64,000 nt of DNA from an uncultured Mycoplasmatota bacterium. GTDB lineage: Bacteria; Bacillota_I; Bacilli_A; RF39; UBA660. The position numbers and the translations under genes are program-made. The DNA is taken from assembly GCA_947642475.1 (NCBI GenBank), contig CANRSQ010000001.1, positions 3,991 to 67,990 of the forward strand. Direction: 5' to 3'. The notes beneath the pieces were generated by a model, which saw only the letters and a list, made by a program, of their open reading frames with translations, was not told where the DNA came from and did not search any database. Shown one piece after another: positions 50,394 through 60,543 of the stretch. The stretch's first letter is position 1; the number at the start of each line of letters is the position of its first letter.

Positions 50394-50945
50394 TTATTTT
50401 AATTTTGTTTTGATTATATAGTATATAGAGAATGCGATAGAACCAAAGAAAGCAACTATCATATCCCACATGGTATCTGATACTCCTGTTGCAGCAACTC
50501 TTTGGGCATCTCCACCGAATAAATAATTACAGGTGAATTCAAATACTTCCCAAAGTCCTGCACATAGCCAAGTAAATGATAAAATAAATAATATATTAAA
50601 TGGTAATTTTTTTGATTTATTATATTGTAATATTATAGCGGCTACATATGCACTTAGGACACCTGACATTGTGTGAGTAACTTTATCAAAACCTTCCCAT
50701 TTATTATAGAATTCAGCGGCTACGCCTAAATAATGGGCAAGGAATATAAATATTATCCATATGGTTTTGCATCCTTCTGGTAATTCTATTTTGAATATTT
50801 TTTCAATTATATATGGCAAAAATATTGTTAAGAATATGCTTGCATCTTTTAATATTACGACAATACTTTGGTCTAGTTCTCCTAGTATTGTGAATGTACT
50901 ACAAGCTAGTGTTATTATTATCAGTAATGCGTTTAGTTTCTTCAT
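50394..50945 (-). CDS. Hypothetical membrane protein (5-6 TM)
   Basis: 183-aa hydrophobic ORF. Its start overlaps the rmuC 3' end by 47 nt. Confidence 0.5.
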   Translation of the reverse strand: MKKLNALLIIITLACSTFTILGELDQSIVVILKDASIFLTIFLPYIIEKIFKIELPEGCKTIWIIFIFLAHYLGVAAEFYNKWEGFDKVTHTMSGVLSAYVAAIILQYNKSKKLPFNILFILSFTWLCAGLWEVFEFTCNYLFGGDAQRVAATGVSDTMWDMIVAFFGSIAFSIYYIIKTKLK

Positions 50946-51996
50946 TTTGTATTTGCTCCATTTCTACACCATTGATTGAATTAAATCTTTTGGTGATTTT
51001 TTCTGTTGTTGTATGGATATCTTTGACATCCTTACTAACTGTATCGATACTTCTTGATAATTTATCCCATCTATCTTTATATCTTTTAAATTCTTCATCT
51101 AATAATCTTAATTCGGTTTGGATTACTTTTGTATATTTATCTCTTTCAACATTTTTTATAATTATTTGTAATGTTGTTAATGTACTCATTAGTGTGGTTG
51201 GTCCTGTAATCCATACTCTCTTTTTATAGGCATAGTCCATTACGTCTTGGTGGTAGGCATTTACTTCGGCAAAGATGGCTTCGGCTGGTAAGAATAAAAT
51301 TGCTTGATCTGTTGTTTCGCCTGGGATTATATATTTGTTAGCAATGGCATCTATATGCTTTTTCATATCTTGTTTGAATAGTTTTTCTGATTCATTTCTT
51401 CTTGGATTATTTTTATCCACCATATTTTGATAATTTTCTAGTGGGAATTTTGAATCTATGGCGATTAGTCCTAGTGGTTCTGGAGCTTTTACTACGGAAT
51501 CGGCTATGGTTCCATTACTTAATGTATATTGCAGGCTATAAACTTTTTCGTTATTTGGTCCGAAGACATTTTCTAAGATGTGTTTTAAATTTATTTCTCC
51601 AAATATTCCTCTGGTTTTTTTATCTGTTAATACGGTTTGTAGTGAAACTATATCGTTTGAAAGGATATCTATTTTCTTTTGGGCTTCATCTATTTTTGAA
51701 AGTCTTTCTAATACTGAAGTAAATGTTTTATTTGTTTTTTCGAAGTTTTGATCTAATCTTTCATTTACTTTATCATTTATTTGATTTAGTCTATTTTCGA
51801 TTTTTTCATTTAATTTTTGAAAGTTTTCGTTGGTGTTTTCAGCTAGGTCGTTTTTGAAAACGCCTAGTTCTTTTACGACTTCGGTTTCTAGTTTTCCTAG
51901 TCTTTCTGTAATGTTTGATTCGTTTATATTTTTTGTTAATGATATGACACTAACTATTAATATTATGACTAAAAGTCCGATTATTATATATTCCAT
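50899..51996 (-). CDS. rmuC: DNA recombination protein RmuC
   Basis: N-terminal TM, long coiled coil, RmuC C-terminal domain (GIFGEINLKHILE). Confidence 0.8.
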   Translation of the reverse strand: MEYIIIGLLVIILIVSVISLTKNINESNITERLGKLETEVVKELGVFKNDLAENTNENFQKLNEKIENRLNQINDKVNERLDQNFEKTNKTFTSVLERLSKIDEAQKKIDILSNDIVSLQTVLTDKKTRGIFGEINLKHILENVFGPNNEKVYSLQYTLSNGTIADSVVKAPEPLGLIAIDSKFPLENYQNMVDKNNPRRNESEKLFKQDMKKHIDAIANKYIIPGETTDQAILFLPAEAIFAEVNAYHQDVMDYAYKKRVWITGPTTLMSTLTTLQIIIKNVERDKYTKVIQTELRLLDEEFKRYKDRWDKLSRSIDTVSKDVKDIHTTTEKITKRFNSINGVEMEQIQNEETKRITDNNNTSL

Positions 51997-52082
51997 TTTA
52001 TCAACTTCTTCCTAGTTTCATTATATCTTATATATTATTCGGTTTCAAGATTTGTGCATGAAAAAAAGTATATGATTATACT

Positions 52083-52346
52083 TTAATAGTAGGTTTTTGG
52101 CTTTTCTCTATTTGGTTCTTTGCATAGTTCATCTAATTCAACGTCTAGTACTTGTGCGATTTTCCAAACGGTGCCTAGTGAAAATGTTTGATGAACGTTA
52201 TTTTCGATGTTTGAAATGAATTGTTTTGAATATCTACTTTCCTCGGCTAACTTTCTTTGTGTCCATCCTTTTTGTTTTCTGTATCTTCGAATGTTTTTAC
52301 CTACAAAATCATATACGTAATTTTCATCACTTCTATCGAATTTCAT
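52083..52346 (-). CDS. XRE-family helix-turn-helix transcriptional regulator
   Basis: GKNIRRYRKQKGWTQRKLAEESRYSKQFISNIENN HTH_3 pattern. 87 aa. Confidence 0.8.
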   Translation of the reverse strand: MKFDRSDENYVYDFVGKNIRRYRKQKGWTQRKLAEESRYSKQFISNIENNVHQTFSLGTVWKIAQVLDVELDELCKEPNREKPKTYY

Positions 52347-52419
52347 ATTATCACCAATATTATTTTCCCATATTTTTCCAATTTATTGGTGTTACTGTTC
52401 GTAGTATATTATCTATATG

Positions 52420-52701
52420 CTAATTTTGCAAGAGCCATGCTTCATATCCACCATTTATGCTGATGGCATTATATCCGTTATTTCTTAATATTTGGCAAAG
52501 TTTTTGTGATGTGATTCCGTGTTGACAATATAAATAGTATGTTTCATTTTTATTTAAATACTTTTCTGGTCTTATCATTAATTCTTTTGATTCTATGTTT
52601 TTGGCGTTTGGCATGTGATTGTTATTGAAATTTTCTCTTGATCTTATATCTATTATATTAGGATTTGGTAATTTTAATAAATCTAATACTAAAATATTCA
52701 A
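52420..52701 (-). CDS. Single-domain rhodanese (sulfurtransferase)
   Basis: IIDIR...YLYCQHGITS active-site Cys loop. TTG start 5 nt after a GGTGA RBS is preferred over the upstream GTG at 52710. Confidence 0.7.
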   Translation of the reverse strand: MNILVLDLLKLPNPNIIDIRSRENFNNNHMPNAKNIESKELMIRPEKYLNKNETYYLYCQHGITSQKLCQILRNNGYNAISINGGYEAWLLQN

Positions 52702-52874
52702 ATTTATCACCTCAGTATATTATATGCTTTTTGTTTTTTTATGGAGTGGATAAACAGAACAAAAGTAAGAATTTCTTACTTTATGCATTATTAGTTAATT
52801 GAAATATTTAATAGTTTCAAGTCCCGCATTGTTTGTTTTCAAGAGAACAATAATTAGTTTTTTTCTGATGAAAT

Positions 52875-52912
52875 AATTAAAAAATCCCCAGATACTAGGG
52901 ATTTTAACTGTT
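52875..52912 (-). terminator. Terminator after hicB
   Basis: AAAATCCC / GGGATTTT hairpin followed by T5 on minus. Confidence 0.6.
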
Positions 52913-52961
52913 ATGGGCTAACAGTGGACGTCTAATAATATTATACTCTTTTTCTTATAAA

Positions 52962-53348
52962 TTATAACATATTTAATTCTCTTTTAATTCCATCTTGTAA
53001 AATTTTAGAATAATTTAATCCTTTTTCTTCTGCTAAAGTCTTTAACCATTGAGGCATAGTAACCGTAGTATTAACGACTTTCTTTGATATTGCGCGCTCA
53101 TGTTGAGTTAGATTAAGATCTACCAAAGTAATAAATTCATCAGGTTCAACTTTAATATTCATATAATCCAATGTTGGTTCTGGTTTATTTTCGTATTCTG
53201 GCAACATATTAAACAATACGTCTTGTGCCATAAAGTATGCGTCTTCAAAGCTATCTCCGAATGTAAAAACGTTGTCAAAATCAATAAATTCAACACTATA
53301 TGAATTGCCTTCCTTTTTAAACTTTGCAGGATAAAAATATGTTTGCAT
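52962..53348 (-). CDS. hicB: HicB-family antitoxin
   Basis: HicB/UPF0150 N-fold plus C-terminal ribbon-helix-helix-like DNA-binding tail. Confidence 0.7.
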   Translation of the reverse strand: MQTYFYPAKFKKEGNSYSVEFIDFDNVFTFGDSFEDAYFMAQDVLFNMLPEYENKPEPTLDYMNIKVEPDEFITLVDLNLTQHERAISKKVVNTTVTMPQWLKTLAEEKGLNYSKILQDGIKRELNML

Positions 53349-53393
53349 AGTTCCTGTTTTATTGTGGACAAAATAAAATATAAGGGGTGGGAG

Positions 53394-53573
53394 CTATATT
53401 TTAGCTCCTGTCACTCTAACGATGTTAGCCAATGTTCCTTTAGGGATATCACCTTTGTGATTTGGAATAGGACAAACCTTACCACCTTTTTTATATATCA
53501 TATGTGATCCTTTTTGTCTATCTAATTTCCAGCCTTCTTTTTCTAGAACTTTGACTAATTTTCTTACGTCCAC
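53394..53573 (-). CDS. hicA: HicA-family toxin (mRNA interferase)
   Basis: KLVKVLEKEGWKLDRQKGSHMIYKK HicA core. Start reassigned to the GTG 5 nt after AGGAGGG, because a TTGACA-16-TATAAT promoter overlaps the upstream ATG given by the ORF track (53597). Confidence 0.7.
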   Translation of the reverse strand: MDVRKLVKVLEKEGWKLDRQKGSHMIYKKGGKVCPIPNHKGDIPKGTLANIVRVTGAKI

Positions 53574-53595
53574 AACTGCCCTCCTTTCACTATAC

Positions 53596-53636
53596 ATTAT
53601 ACTCTTTTCTTAACATTTGTCAACACTTGTTTGACG
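53596..53636 (-). promoter_or_regulatory. hicAB promoter (TTGACA-16-TATAAT) with inverted repeat GTCAA-N7-TTGAC overlapping the -35
   Basis: Hexamers and inverted repeat read directly from the sequence. Confidence 0.6.
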
Positions 53637-53725
53637 CGTTTAGCATTTTTTTATTTCAATTGTCATCAAAATTTGTGTTTTGTTTGTATATTATTCTTAA
53701 TGCTTTAATGATATCTTAAATTTAA

Positions 53726-53758
53726 AAACCTAGTAAATATAAGGATTTTACTAGGTTT
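53726..53758 (-). terminator. Terminator after coupling-protein gene
   Basis: 12-bp stem AAACCTAGTAAA / TTTACTAGGTTT. Confidence 0.55.
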
Positions 53759-53763
53759 AAAGT

Positions 53764-56136
53764 TTATTCATCATCATCTGCAAAGAAATCATCGAAGAAT
53801 TGATCATCGGTAATATAGTTTTCATCTTTTGGTTGTTCTTTTTCGATATTTTTATTGATGTTGTTAGTAATTTTATTGGCAATTTCTTTTTTATTACCAA
53901 TTTCATGAACTGTTTTTGGTTTAGCCTTTTCTTTTGAATTTTCTTTTTTATTTGGTTTTTCTTGTTTTGTTTCTTCTTTTACAGGCGTTTCTTTTATTTC
54001 TTGTTTTGGTTGTTCTTTTGTTTCTGTTTTGATTTCTTCTTTTATTTCGATTTTTTCTTCTTTTTGCTTTTCTTTATTTGGTTTTATTTGTTCTTTAAAT
54101 TTTTCTTCTAGTTCTTTTGTCATTGGCATTGGTTTGACTATTTCGATATCAGGCAAACCTGTTTTTGGTGTAACTACTGTTTTTCCACTTTTTGCTCTTG
54201 AAAGATTAGCCTCTTCTTCTTTTTCCATTGCTTCTAATTCGGCAATTCTAGCATCGATTCTTTTTATCATATCATTATAGTTGATATTATTTGTTTTTCG
54301 AGGTTTTGGCATCATGTTTGGCATTGGCATACCTGGAGTGGCATTTTTATTTAGCCTATTGCCCATGATTTCATTAATTCTTTCTTCTTTTTTCTTCTGA
54401 ACATAACCTTTTAAATCGAAGACATGTACTGATTCTTTTTCTCTTTGTGGATATAGATCGAAGTTTCCTCTTGGTTCTGTTTTGAAAAGATCTCCCCAAT
54501 CCATTTGCCAGTCCATTTTTAATTTTGTTCTAAATGGGTCCATTCTACTTCTTAGTAAAATTACTTCTCCCATTTTTAATTTTTGCAGGTCACTTACTGT
54601 AATAAGTGGTCTAGTTTCTTCTTTTGCTTTATCGCCTTTACCACTTTTTACTTTTATTTCACCGCACATTTTACTTATTTCTTCTAAGGCGGCAAGTTCA
54701 GTACTGATTAAATAAATGATATTCATACAGTTACCTCTAATAGTATCGGCAACGTTTTTACCATATTTTTCGCTTAATTGAGCAAAGTTTTGGATTACGA
54801 AGAAGAATCTCATTTTTCTACTACGAGCTGCTGATACCATAGTTACGATATCGTTTAATTTGGGCATGTTGGCAAATTCATCTAGTAGGAAGTTTGTTCT
54901 ATATGGAAGTTTTCCACCACAACTTTGTGCATAGTCTACTAATGCTTCATAACATTGTTTGATAAAGATTGTAACTAGTGGGTGGTAAGTTGTTTTTTCG
55001 TCTTGAATTACAATAAATACAGCGATTTTCTTTTTCCCTATATCTTCCATTTCAAAGTCACTATGTGAAAGCATTTCTGATACGTTTTCTCTGGCTGCAA
55101 ATAGTCTTAATTTTTGTTTAAATACGGCTAAGATACTACCTTTAGTCTCAGTTGGAGCAATGATTGTTGCTGAGGCACTTATGTAGGCTGGTGAAGTTGG
55201 ATCTTTAGTTCCAAAGTATTCATTAACGTATGTTGCGTTTGGTCCACTTTTTTCTTCACCGATTGTTGTAAAGGCATTAACACTGTTTAGGTTTATTTCT
55301 TCTTCTTTAGCGTCTTCAAATAATCCTAAACATATTCCAGAGAAATAGTCGGCTGATGTTTTTTCCCAGAATGGATCTTGGTTTTGTGCGTTTTGGTCAT
55401 ATAAGATATTGATTGCAAGGTCTTCTACTAATTCTTGAGCTTTATCTTTATTACCCTTTTTATAGTATTCGTAAGGTAAGTGTAATGGGTTCCAACCACT
55501 ACCGTTTTGAGGATCACGGAAGTTTAATACAACAACATTATATCCTCTTTTTTTAAGCATACTAGAGGTACCTTCAAAAAGTTCACCTTTTGGGTCGGTA
55601 ATAATCATTGATTCATCGTGTTTTGCAAGTGATTTTATAAGTGGGAACATTGTTATTTGTGATTTTCCGGCTCCGGTTGAACCGATGATAATATTGTGTC
55701 CTTCACTATTATCTACCCACATTTTTTTACCATCGTTTATTAGTGGAATTCCTCCTGCTTCGGCATTTTCTGCTTTAACATCTACTACTTCTATATCGTC
55801 TTGGCTTTTTAATTCTTTTTCATCTAGCCATCTTGAATATCCTTTTTCTTTTTTTGATTCGGTTGAAAATCCAAATCCTTTTTCCATATCAAAGAATCGA
55901 TCTGATACGCTAAATAAACTAGCTATTAGGGCAATTATATATAGGACAATAGTTATACCTAAAAAGTGTGGCCCAAAGGCTGGAAATGGGTTAAAACCGT
56001 GGAATGGACGGTCTACATCTCCTGATGCAAATTGGGCTAAATTAAGTACTGCAATGGCTACAAAATATAATAGTACTACTGCATATATTCCAAACATTAT
56101 CCAATCTTTTTTTTCGGCTCTAAATTTTAATTTCAT
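53764..56136 (-). CDS. Type IV secretion coupling protein (VirD4/TraG family) with long K/E-rich C-terminal extension
   Basis: Two N-terminal TM helices. Walker A IIIGSTGAGKSQ. TraG/VirD4-like core. About 200-aa low-complexity tail ending DDFFADDDE. Confidence 0.8.
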   Translation of the reverse strand: MKLKFRAEKKDWIMFGIYAVVLLYFVAIAVLNLAQFASGDVDRPFHGFNPFPAFGPHFLGITIVLYIIALIASLFSVSDRFFDMEKGFGFSTESKKEKGYSRWLDEKELKSQDDIEVVDVKAENAEAGGIPLINDGKKMWVDNSEGHNIIIGSTGAGKSQITMFPLIKSLAKHDESMIITDPKGELFEGTSSMLKKRGYNVVVLNFRDPQNGSGWNPLHLPYEYYKKGNKDKAQELVEDLAINILYDQNAQNQDPFWEKTSADYFSGICLGLFEDAKEEEINLNSVNAFTTIGEEKSGPNATYVNEYFGTKDPTSPAYISASATIIAPTETKGSILAVFKQKLRLFAARENVSEMLSHSDFEMEDIGKKKIAVFIVIQDEKTTYHPLVTIFIKQCYEALVDYAQSCGGKLPYRTNFLLDEFANMPKLNDIVTMVSAARSRKMRFFFVIQNFAQLSEKYGKNVADTIRGNCMNIIYLISTELAALEEISKMCGEIKVKSGKGDKAKEETRPLITVSDLQKLKMGEVILLRSRMDPFRTKLKMDWQMDWGDLFKTEPRGNFDLYPQREKESVHVFDLKGYVQKKKEERINEIMGNRLNKNATPGMPMPNMMPKPRKTNNINYNDMIKRIDARIAELEAMEKEEEANLSRAKSGKTVVTPKTGLPDIEIVKPMPMTKELEEKFKEQIKPNKEKQKEEKIEIKEEIKTETKEQPKQEIKETPVKEETKQEKPNKKENSKEKAKPKTVHEIGNKKEIANKITNNINKNIEKEQPKDENYITDDQFFDDFFADDDE

Positions 56137-56263
56137 GTGAAAAACCTCCTAGTGAATTTGTTTAATAGTATATCTTAATTTTGTTTATTTGACAACTGGT
56201 TTTTTATATAAATATTATAGCACAAAAAAGTAATATTTTACATATTACCTTTGTTTGTTTATG

Positions 56264-57022
56264 TTATTTACATTCTTTTTTGTTTATCCATTTACCATTT
56301 TCGAGTTTGTATAATTTATAACAAGAGTCTAGCGTAGGTAAGTTGATGTAATCTTGTGATGTAATTAGTTCATATTCTCCATCATCATCTAAGTCTATGA
56401 AATCTTCAATTGCCAATATGTTATCTTTAGTTTTATTTATTATCTGTATGTTTTCGTCGTTATCAACTGCAAATAATATTGTATACATTTCATAATCTAC
56501 TATATCAAATACATAATTACTAGTAAGATATAGTGTTTCTTCTATTCCATCACTATCAATATCTACAAGATATTTTTGAGTTGTATATCCAACATTATCT
56601 TTTATACCGGCTAATTTCAAAGCTTGGTTTAAATATTCAATATCGTTTTCATCAATATTTTCTACTTCATAGTCTGCTAGTGCAATGTCAAAATTACTAG
56701 TTGCTGCCCTTAGGTTATCAACTTTTTCCTCTTTATATTTTGAATCGAAAAAATATACGTTATCTTTATCAAGTTGAATATGTAGATTTGATTTTGTTTC
56801 GTCACCATATATGGTATACATTTGACTTAAAACGTTATTATTAAAGCTGGTTATTTGTTTCCAATTATCTCCATCTTTTTGCCAAATTAAATAATTTTCT
56901 TTAATTAAATACTGGTTACTATTGGTTTGTTTATTTTTTCCACTAAAAATTATAAATCCTATTACTGCTACAGCTATAATAATTATTAATAATACCATAA
57001 TAATTTTCTTTTTATTTTCCAT
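56264..57022 (-). CDS. Hypothetical membrane-anchored acidic protein (T4SS-associated)
   Basis: N-terminal TM helix followed by an extracellular domain. Located inside the transfer module. Confidence 0.4.
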   Translation of the reverse strand: MENKKKIIMVLLIIIIAVAVIGFIIFSGKNKQTNSNQYLIKENYLIWQKDGDNWKQITSFNNNVLSQMYTIYGDETKSNLHIQLDKDNVYFFDSKYKEEKVDNLRAATSNFDIALADYEVENIDENDIEYLNQALKLAGIKDNVGYTTQKYLVDIDSDGIEETLYLTSNYVFDIVDYEMYTILFAVDNDENIQIINKTKDNILAIEDFIDLDDDGEYELITSQDYINLPTLDSCYKLYKLENGKWINKKECK

Positions 57023-57148
57023 AGTTTTCCTCCTATTTTAATTATATATTTTATTTTAGTTATAGTCAATTAGTGATTTGATTTACGTTTATTTTTATTG
57101 CATATTTTGTTTTATACTGATATAATTTTAAGTAGGATGGGTGATTTT

Positions 57149-57691
57149 ATGGAAGATGAAAATAGAGTTTATGATATTATTAAAAGATTTAAAATAATAT
57201 TTATTATTATTTTCATTCTAATAATAATGTGGATTGCTTTTTACTTTATAATGCAGGAAATAAATAAAAACACCGCTAATGATTACTTTAAAAATAATGG
57301 CTATACTAATGATAATGGCGTTTGGTATAAAGAAGTTAAAGCTTCGGAAGAAAATGATTATACTTCTATCAATTATGTTTATAATGCTGATTTAAAGATG
57401 TTTACTAAATCTTTAAATACACAAAATGGTGATTTTAAACAGGAAATGAGTTTTCAAGTTTATAAAGATAAAGATATTGATGTAACTTATAGTTTTGAAG
57501 GTGATGAAGATGGTAAAAGCTGTACATTAATTCAAAGTGCAACTTATAACTATAAAAACAAAAAATTTAATTGTTCTGTAGATTTGAATGATGGTAATTG
57601 CGATTTAAAATGTGACGTAATAAAAGAAGAAGTTGATACTTTTACAAAGGAATTTAAGGATATTGCAGATAATTCTAGAATTGATAAATAA
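57149..57691 (+). CDS. Hypothetical membrane-anchored protein with Cys-rich C-terminus
   Basis: Start at the ATG after GGATGGGTG, with TTGCAT-17-TATAAT upstream. One TM helix. Terminator follows at 57691-57722. Confidence 0.4.
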   Translation: MEDENRVYDIIKRFKIIFIIIFILIIMWIAFYFIMQEINKNTANDYFKNNGYTNDNGVWYKEVKASEENDYTSINYVYNADLKMFTKSLNTQNGDFKQEMSFQVYKDKDIDVTYSFEGDEDGKSCTLIQSATYNYKNKKFNCSVDLNDGNCDLKCDVIKEEVDTFTKEFKDIADNSRIDK

Positions 57692-57719
57692 AAGAGAGTT
57701 TTGATTTAAACTCTCTTTT

Positions 57720-59792
57720 TTAACGGCTTGATGGCCAGTGTTTATCGGTATATGCTTGTAATTGACTCATATTTTTTATTGCCATGAATTCATTATATGA
57801 ACTAAATGGTCTATCAGCATTATAGTTACCGGTTTTAAATAACTCATACTCTGTCATTCTTCTTATTGCTAATCCTTTTGCATATGTACCATTACTATAA
57901 CTGCAGCCTAAGTCTCTAAAACAAGCAAACACTTGATAACTATCTTTACCATATTCTTTCATTTTTTTATAGATTGCATTGGCTCCAGTAAATCCACCAT
58001 AGGCAATACTGGTTAATGCATCTTTTTCATGTTGGTTTAAATTAAATTCAGCAAATTTTTCATCAACATAATCTATAAATTTTTGTAATACGATTGGAAA
58101 CATTTTATCAATGTATTCTTTATCTGTACATCCACTGGCAGAATCGGCCAAATAATTTGTATATCCAACTTGTTTTGCTTCTCCAGCATCGTTATTAGAA
58201 GTAATACCAAATGCCGTAGTCATTCCAGCACCATCGCCCAAATCATATGATTTGTATCCAGTACCTTCACCTCTACCTTTATAATTACATTTTTCGTCTC
58301 CTTCTAATGATGTAATAAAATCGGCAAAATCTTCAAGAGTATTTTCACAGTAATTAGTTCCTGCACCTGCAGCTCCAACACCACTTGGCCCTGTTCCTCC
58401 TAATGGTACATCTGTTGCGTAAAATGTTTTATAGCTTTTCAAACTTCTTGATTTACCGTCTCTATTTAATGCAGTTTTTAAGTCTACTAATCCAACACCT
58501 TGTGCGGCTGCAGGATCCATTACATAAACAGTATCATTTTCTACGTGATCAACGGCTACCCAATGCCCTGTCATTTCTATAATTACAAAGGTTTGATTAT
58601 TTGAGCCACTGGCTGTATTTAACTCGTTTTCAATTACGCTCGCAACTGAAGCATCATTATATGATGATATATCTGCTGTTTTATCAACTTTGAAATTTGG
58701 CGCAACTTTGCTCCAAGTGCCCCATTCTAGGCAACTACTTGTAAATGATGTATTTTTAACAAATACTCCTGGATCAAAACTGTTTTTCTTTAATGATGTA
58801 CCTGATTTTTTAATCAAATAAGCCATTGATGTTGCAGTACACCCTGCCTGTTTTATTGTTTTTCCTCCACTACCTAGTGTAATATCAGACCATGAAGCTC
58901 CGTATTGCCTCCAATTGGTTTCATCGCCAGTTCCTGTTGTTTGATACACGCAATCATTTTGCTGGGTTCCTCTAAAATGTTGGGCTAATTTAATAATTTC
59001 ATCGGCTATTTTTTCTTTTTTTAGTTGATATTGTGCTTCCAGTTGTTTTGTTTCCTCTTCATTCTTTCCCTTTGTATTAAAGTTTTTTACATCTGAATAT
59101 GTTCCACCTACAAATCCTTTTTGACACACATTTTTCATTGTAACATAACGAGAGGCTTTGTTTTGGAAAGCCTTGTCTCCATTACCTTGTGATATGTCAT
59201 AACCAAATTCAATGGGCGTTGCAAGTGTATCTACTGCAGCACCAGCCACACAAAATATTGCATTAAATCCATTGCCTAATACGTCTTCTAATGGTTTTTT
59301 TGCATCAAGTAAGTTTCCTACTAATTTACTTCCAGCTAAAGCTTTTTTATAATTTTCATCACTATATTGGGCACCTGGTAAAAACCAACCACTAGAATCT
59401 AACATTACTATGGTTGCGGCTAATAATATGTCGGCTGATGTAGCTTTTACGTTTGACCCGATATTTTTAACTGTATCTACTGATGATGTTACACTATTTT
59501 TATATTTATTTTCATCAAAATTTTGATCATAAGAATCATTTACGTAATCTGTTAGTGTTCCTCTATGTACAAGTGTAGCGTATAGCGCAAACTCATCCGT
59601 TTGACTAGGAAATACTTCATGAATGATTTTTATTTTTTGTATTAATTGTTGTTCTTTTTTGTTAAATTCTGTTTCTTTAGCCATTAATCCAGCTTTAGCT
59701 GGAACACAATTAACGAAAACTATAACAAAAAACATAAGCACGGTGAAAACGTACTTAAATGTATTTTTTAAATGTTTATTTAATTTTTGCAT
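57720..59792 (-). CDS. Bifunctional peptidoglycan hydrolase (Cys/His peptidase CHAP/C39-like + lysozyme-like domain), CwlT/PrgK analogue
   Basis: Signal/TM. QAGCTATSMAY and TGHWVAVDHV (Cys-His pair). C-terminal domain with DALTSIAYGGF...GLAIRRMTEYELFKTGNY, lysozyme-like. Confidence 0.55.
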   Translation of the reverse strand: MQKLNKHLKNTFKYVFTVLMFFVIVFVNCVPAKAGLMAKETEFNKKEQQLIQKIKIIHEVFPSQTDEFALYATLVHRGTLTDYVNDSYDQNFDENKYKNSVTSSVDTVKNIGSNVKATSADILLAATIVMLDSSGWFLPGAQYSDENYKKALAGSKLVGNLLDAKKPLEDVLGNGFNAIFCVAGAAVDTLATPIEFGYDISQGNGDKAFQNKASRYVTMKNVCQKGFVGGTYSDVKNFNTKGKNEEETKQLEAQYQLKKEKIADEIIKLAQHFRGTQQNDCVYQTTGTGDETNWRQYGASWSDITLGSGGKTIKQAGCTATSMAYLIKKSGTSLKKNSFDPGVFVKNTSFTSSCLEWGTWSKVAPNFKVDKTADISSYNDASVASVIENELNTASGSNNQTFVIIEMTGHWVAVDHVENDTVYVMDPAAAQGVGLVDLKTALNRDGKSRSLKSYKTFYATDVPLGGTGPSGVGAAGAGTNYCENTLEDFADFITSLEGDEKCNYKGRGEGTGYKSYDLGDGAGMTTAFGITSNNDAGEAKQVGYTNYLADSASGCTDKEYIDKMFPIVLQKFIDYVDEKFAEFNLNQHEKDALTSIAYGGFTGANAIYKKMKEYGKDSYQVFACFRDLGCSYSNGTYAKGLAIRRMTEYELFKTGNYNADRPFSSYNEFMAIKNMSQLQAYTDKHWPSSR

Positions 59793-59822
59793 TTTATCAC
59801 CACCATAATGCTTATGTTTTGT

Positions 59823-60542
59823 TTATAATTTATTATTTTGTTTTGTTTTTAATTTCATATATAATCCAATTAAAACCAATACAGTAATTACACTTCCAAG
59901 AATAATTATTAGTTCTACTGAAGCATTGGTAATTTTAGAATTTGCTGCATTACCTTTGTCCATAATTATGTTAATTGGTTTATTTGTATAGTTGTTTTTT
60001 GTAATAATCCAAGTGTATATATTGTTATTTATTTCGTCAGCATTGGTTTCTGTAACTGCGTAATCTGTTTTTATATTGATTATTACTTTATCTAAGTTTG
60101 ATTGTTGTTCAAATAGTTTAAATCTTTTATCAGTTGTTATGGAAATTGTTTTTTCATTATCAATTATTGAAAAATCTCCATATGCATAGTTAATAATGGT
60201 AGAGTTTACGATATTGGTCCCGTTGAAATTTCCGTCAAATTGAACTCCCACTATGTTACCATCAGCTAAATCTGCTTTTTCGTAATATTCTACATCTTCT
60301 AATTTTTCGTTGGATTCAGATTGAATTGGTGAATCGTTGAATAATGGAATGGGTTTTGGCATATATTCATCGTATAAAACTTTACTTTTTAGTTCTGTGA
60401 GATTTTCACTAGCATCTAAGATATTACCAATAACTATTGTATTTTCTTTATAATCATTTTTGTTTATTTCGAGATTATATTCTATTTCACAGCCTGAAGT
60501 TATTAATATAGTTACAAATAATAATATTATTTTCTTCTTCAT
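59823..60542 (-). CDS. Lipoprotein with C-terminal TM anchor (T4SS-associated)
   Basis: Lipobox ITSGC plus a C-terminal TM helix. 239 aa. Confidence 0.45.
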   Translation of the reverse strand: MKKKIILLFVTILITSGCEIEYNLEINKNDYKENTIVIGNILDASENLTELKSKVLYDEYMPKPIPLFNDSPIQSESNEKLEDVEYYEKADLADGNIVGVQFDGNFNGTNIVNSTIINYAYGDFSIIDNEKTISITTDKRFKLFEQQSNLDKVIINIKTDYAVTETNADEINNNIYTWIITKNNYTNKPINIIMDKGNAANSKITNASVELIIILGSVITVLVLIGLYMKLKTKQNNKL

Positions 60543-60543
60543 A

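Noticed and set aside
50894-52015. Plus-strand ORFs 50894..51229, 51402..51722 and 51830..52015 within rmuC
   Set aside because: Antisense to the RmuC coding frame. Hydrophobic low-complexity translations.
53596-53601. ATG at 53597 as the hicA start
   Set aside because: A TATAAT hexamer overlaps this ATG, and TTGACA lies 16 nt upstream, so it cannot be translated from that promoter. The downstream GTG with AGGAGGG is preferred.
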